DNA of 37,492 nt, taken from contig DJPG01000044.1 of NCBI GenBank assembly GCA_002439735.1, positions 1 through 37,492 of the forward strand. Reading direction: 5' to 3'. A program made the translations under genes and the position numbers. This document shows, piece by piece, positions 36,030 to 37,492 of this stretch (position 1 is the first letter of the stretch; every line of letters begins with the position of its first letter). The notes under the pieces are model-generated. The model was given only the letters and a program-made list of their open reading frames with translations, searched no databases and had not been told where the DNA came from. This DNA comes from Firmicutes bacterium UBA6418. Lineage in GTDB: Bacteria; Bacillota; Clostridia; Peptostreptococcales; Anaerovoracaceae.

Positions 36030-37049
36030 ATGGTCAGAGTAGCAATCAACGGATTCGGAAGAATCGGCAGGCTGGCATTCCGCCAGATTTTTGAAGATCC
36101 GGAAATGAAGGTCGTTGCCATCAACGATCTGACAGATCCGAAAATGCTGGCGCATCTTTTGAAATACGACAGTTCACAGGGAGCATATCGCGGACACGAA
36201 ATTCTTTGGGATGAAGATTCCATCACCGTGGACGGCGTGGATATTCCGGTATACAAGGAGCCTGATGCCCATAACCTGCCGTGGAAAGATCTGAATATTG
36301 ATGTCGTGTTGGAATGCACAGGGTTCTATACGTCCAAATCGAAGTCGCAGGCACATATCGACGCCGGCGCGAAAAAAGTGCTGATCTCAGCACCGGCCGG
36401 CAATGATCTGCCGACGATCGTATACGGCGTCAACCATGAGACTCTGACCGAAAACGACAACATCGTTTCCGGCGCCTCCTGCACGACCAATTGTCTGGCA
36501 CCGATGGCAAAAGTACTCAACGACTATCGGGAAGTGCGAACAGGCTTCATGACCACGATTCATGCGTATACCGGCGATCAGATGCTGCTGGACGGTCCGC
36601 ACCGAAAAGGAGATCTTCGCCGGGCGAGAGCCGGAGCCATCAATATTGTACCGAGTGCCACCGGGGCGGCCAAAGCAATCGGTCTGGTTATTCCGGCACT
36701 TGCGGGCAAGCTGATCGGTTCTGCGCAGCGTGTCCCGGTTCCATCCGGCTCCATCACGATTCTGGACGCTACTCTCAAGGACATGACGGACAGCGTGTCT
36801 GTTGAGGGTATCAACGCGGCGATGAAAGCGGCGACCAGCGAATCGTTCGGTTATACGGAAGAGGAACTGGTCAGCTCCGATATCATCGGCATGCGCTATG
36901 GCTCACTCTTTGATGCGACACAGACTCTGGCACAGCGGTGTGGCACGCATATTTATGAAGTGCGGATTGTTGCTTGGTATGACAATGAAATGAGTTATAC
37001 CTGTCAGCTGATTCGTACCCTCAAATATCTGAAAAAATTTGTAAAATAA
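36030..37049 (+). CDS. gap: Type I GAPDH, NAD-type Firmicute copy
   Basis: [47 protein letters not shown] and WYDNE. Confidence 0.95.
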   Translation: MVRVAINGFGRIGRLAFRQIFEDPEMKVVAINDLTDPKMLAHLLKYDSSQGAYRGHEILWDEDSITVDGVDIPVYKEPDAHNLPWKDLNIDVVLECTGFYTSKSKSQAHIDAGAKKVLISAPAGNDLPTIVYGVNHETLTENDNIVSGASCTTNCLAPMAKVLNDYREVRTGFMTTIHAYTGDQMLLDGPHRKGDLRRARAGAINIVPSATGAAKAIGLVIPALAGKLIGSAQRVPVPSGSITILDATLKDMTDSVSVEGINAAMKAATSESFGYTEEELVSSDIIGMRYGSLFDATQTLAQRCGTHIYEVRIVAWYDNEMSYTCQLIRTLKYLKKFVK

Positions 37050-37070
37050 ACAAAAGAAAGGCGATTTTTT

Positions 37071-37492
37071 ATGCGCTATCCTTTTATCGCAGGAAACTGG
37101 AAAATGTATAAGACGATTGCGGAGGCGCGAGCTTTCGCGGAGGAATTCAAAAAGATTTATCAGCCGTCTGATGTGCGGGTTGCCATTTGCGCGCCATATC
37201 TGCAACTCCCGACATTGGTTGAGGCGTTCCGCGGAACCGGCATCGGCGTCGGCGCACAGAATGTGCACTATGAAGAAGAGGGGGCGTTTACCGGTGAGGT
37301 TTCGATCCCGATGCTGGAAGAGATCGGTGTGGACTGTTGCATCGTCGGTCATTCTGAAAGACGGCAGTATTTCAACGAGACGGATGACACTGTAAACCGT
37401 AAGGTCAAAGCTTTGCTGGAGACGGAGATCGTGCCGATCCTCTGTGTCGGCGAAGATTTGCAGCAAAAAGAGGCCGGCTATGAAAGACAGTT
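37071..37492 (+). CDS. tpiA: Triose-phosphate isomerase (partial, runs off the window end)
   Basis: Own translation: MRYPFIAGNWKM...GAQN...GAFTGEVS...IVGHSERR...ILCVGE. Confidence 0.95.
   Translation, partial: MRYPFIAGNWKMYKTIAEARAFAEEFKKIYQPSDVRVAICAPYLQLPTLVEAFRGTGIGVGAQNVHYEEEGAFTGEVSIPMLEEIGVDCCIVGHSERRQYFNETDDTVNRKVKALLETEIVPILCVGEDLQQKEAGYERQ

Noticed and set aside
37117..37395. 92-aa ORF in the track
   Set aside because: Off-frame overlap with tpiA, which starts at 37071 and is missing from the track because it has no stop in the window.

Overview
Mostly core-genome segment of an anaerobic Firmicute (Clostridia-type; gene content suggests a spore-former). It carries a four-subunit 2-oxoacid:ferredoxin oxidoreductase operon and a convergent TAXI-TRAP transporter operon, with a truncated Rpn-family remnant between them. 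These are followed by a Cys-rich CsxA/CdeC-like exosporium candidate, M16 peptidase-dut-dgt, dnaG-sigA-trmK-Nif3, RNase P RNA, holA-DMT plus a two-gene GltD-linked (group A2-type) [FeFe]-hydrogenase, argR-recN divergent from a LexA-boxed ruvCAB-queA, a SEC-C protein, an ACT-less homoserine dehydrogenase, trmL, rpoN and a glycolytic cluster gap-pgk-gap-tpiA (tpiA cut by the window end). The most notable items are: (1) an Rpn remnant that lost its nuclease domain but kept an intact internally initiated 54-aa RpnS-like ORF; (2) a divergent second GAPDH with NADP-type fingerprints where cggR normally sits; (3) an NADPH-type GltD-linked hydrogenase; (4) a sigma54 -24/-12 site superimposed on rpoN's own sigmaA promoter; (5) an unannotated 35-aa membrane peptide just upstream of rnpB; (6) recurrent palindromic motifs in the long intergenic regions. 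All family calls come from motif recognition; no database search was run.
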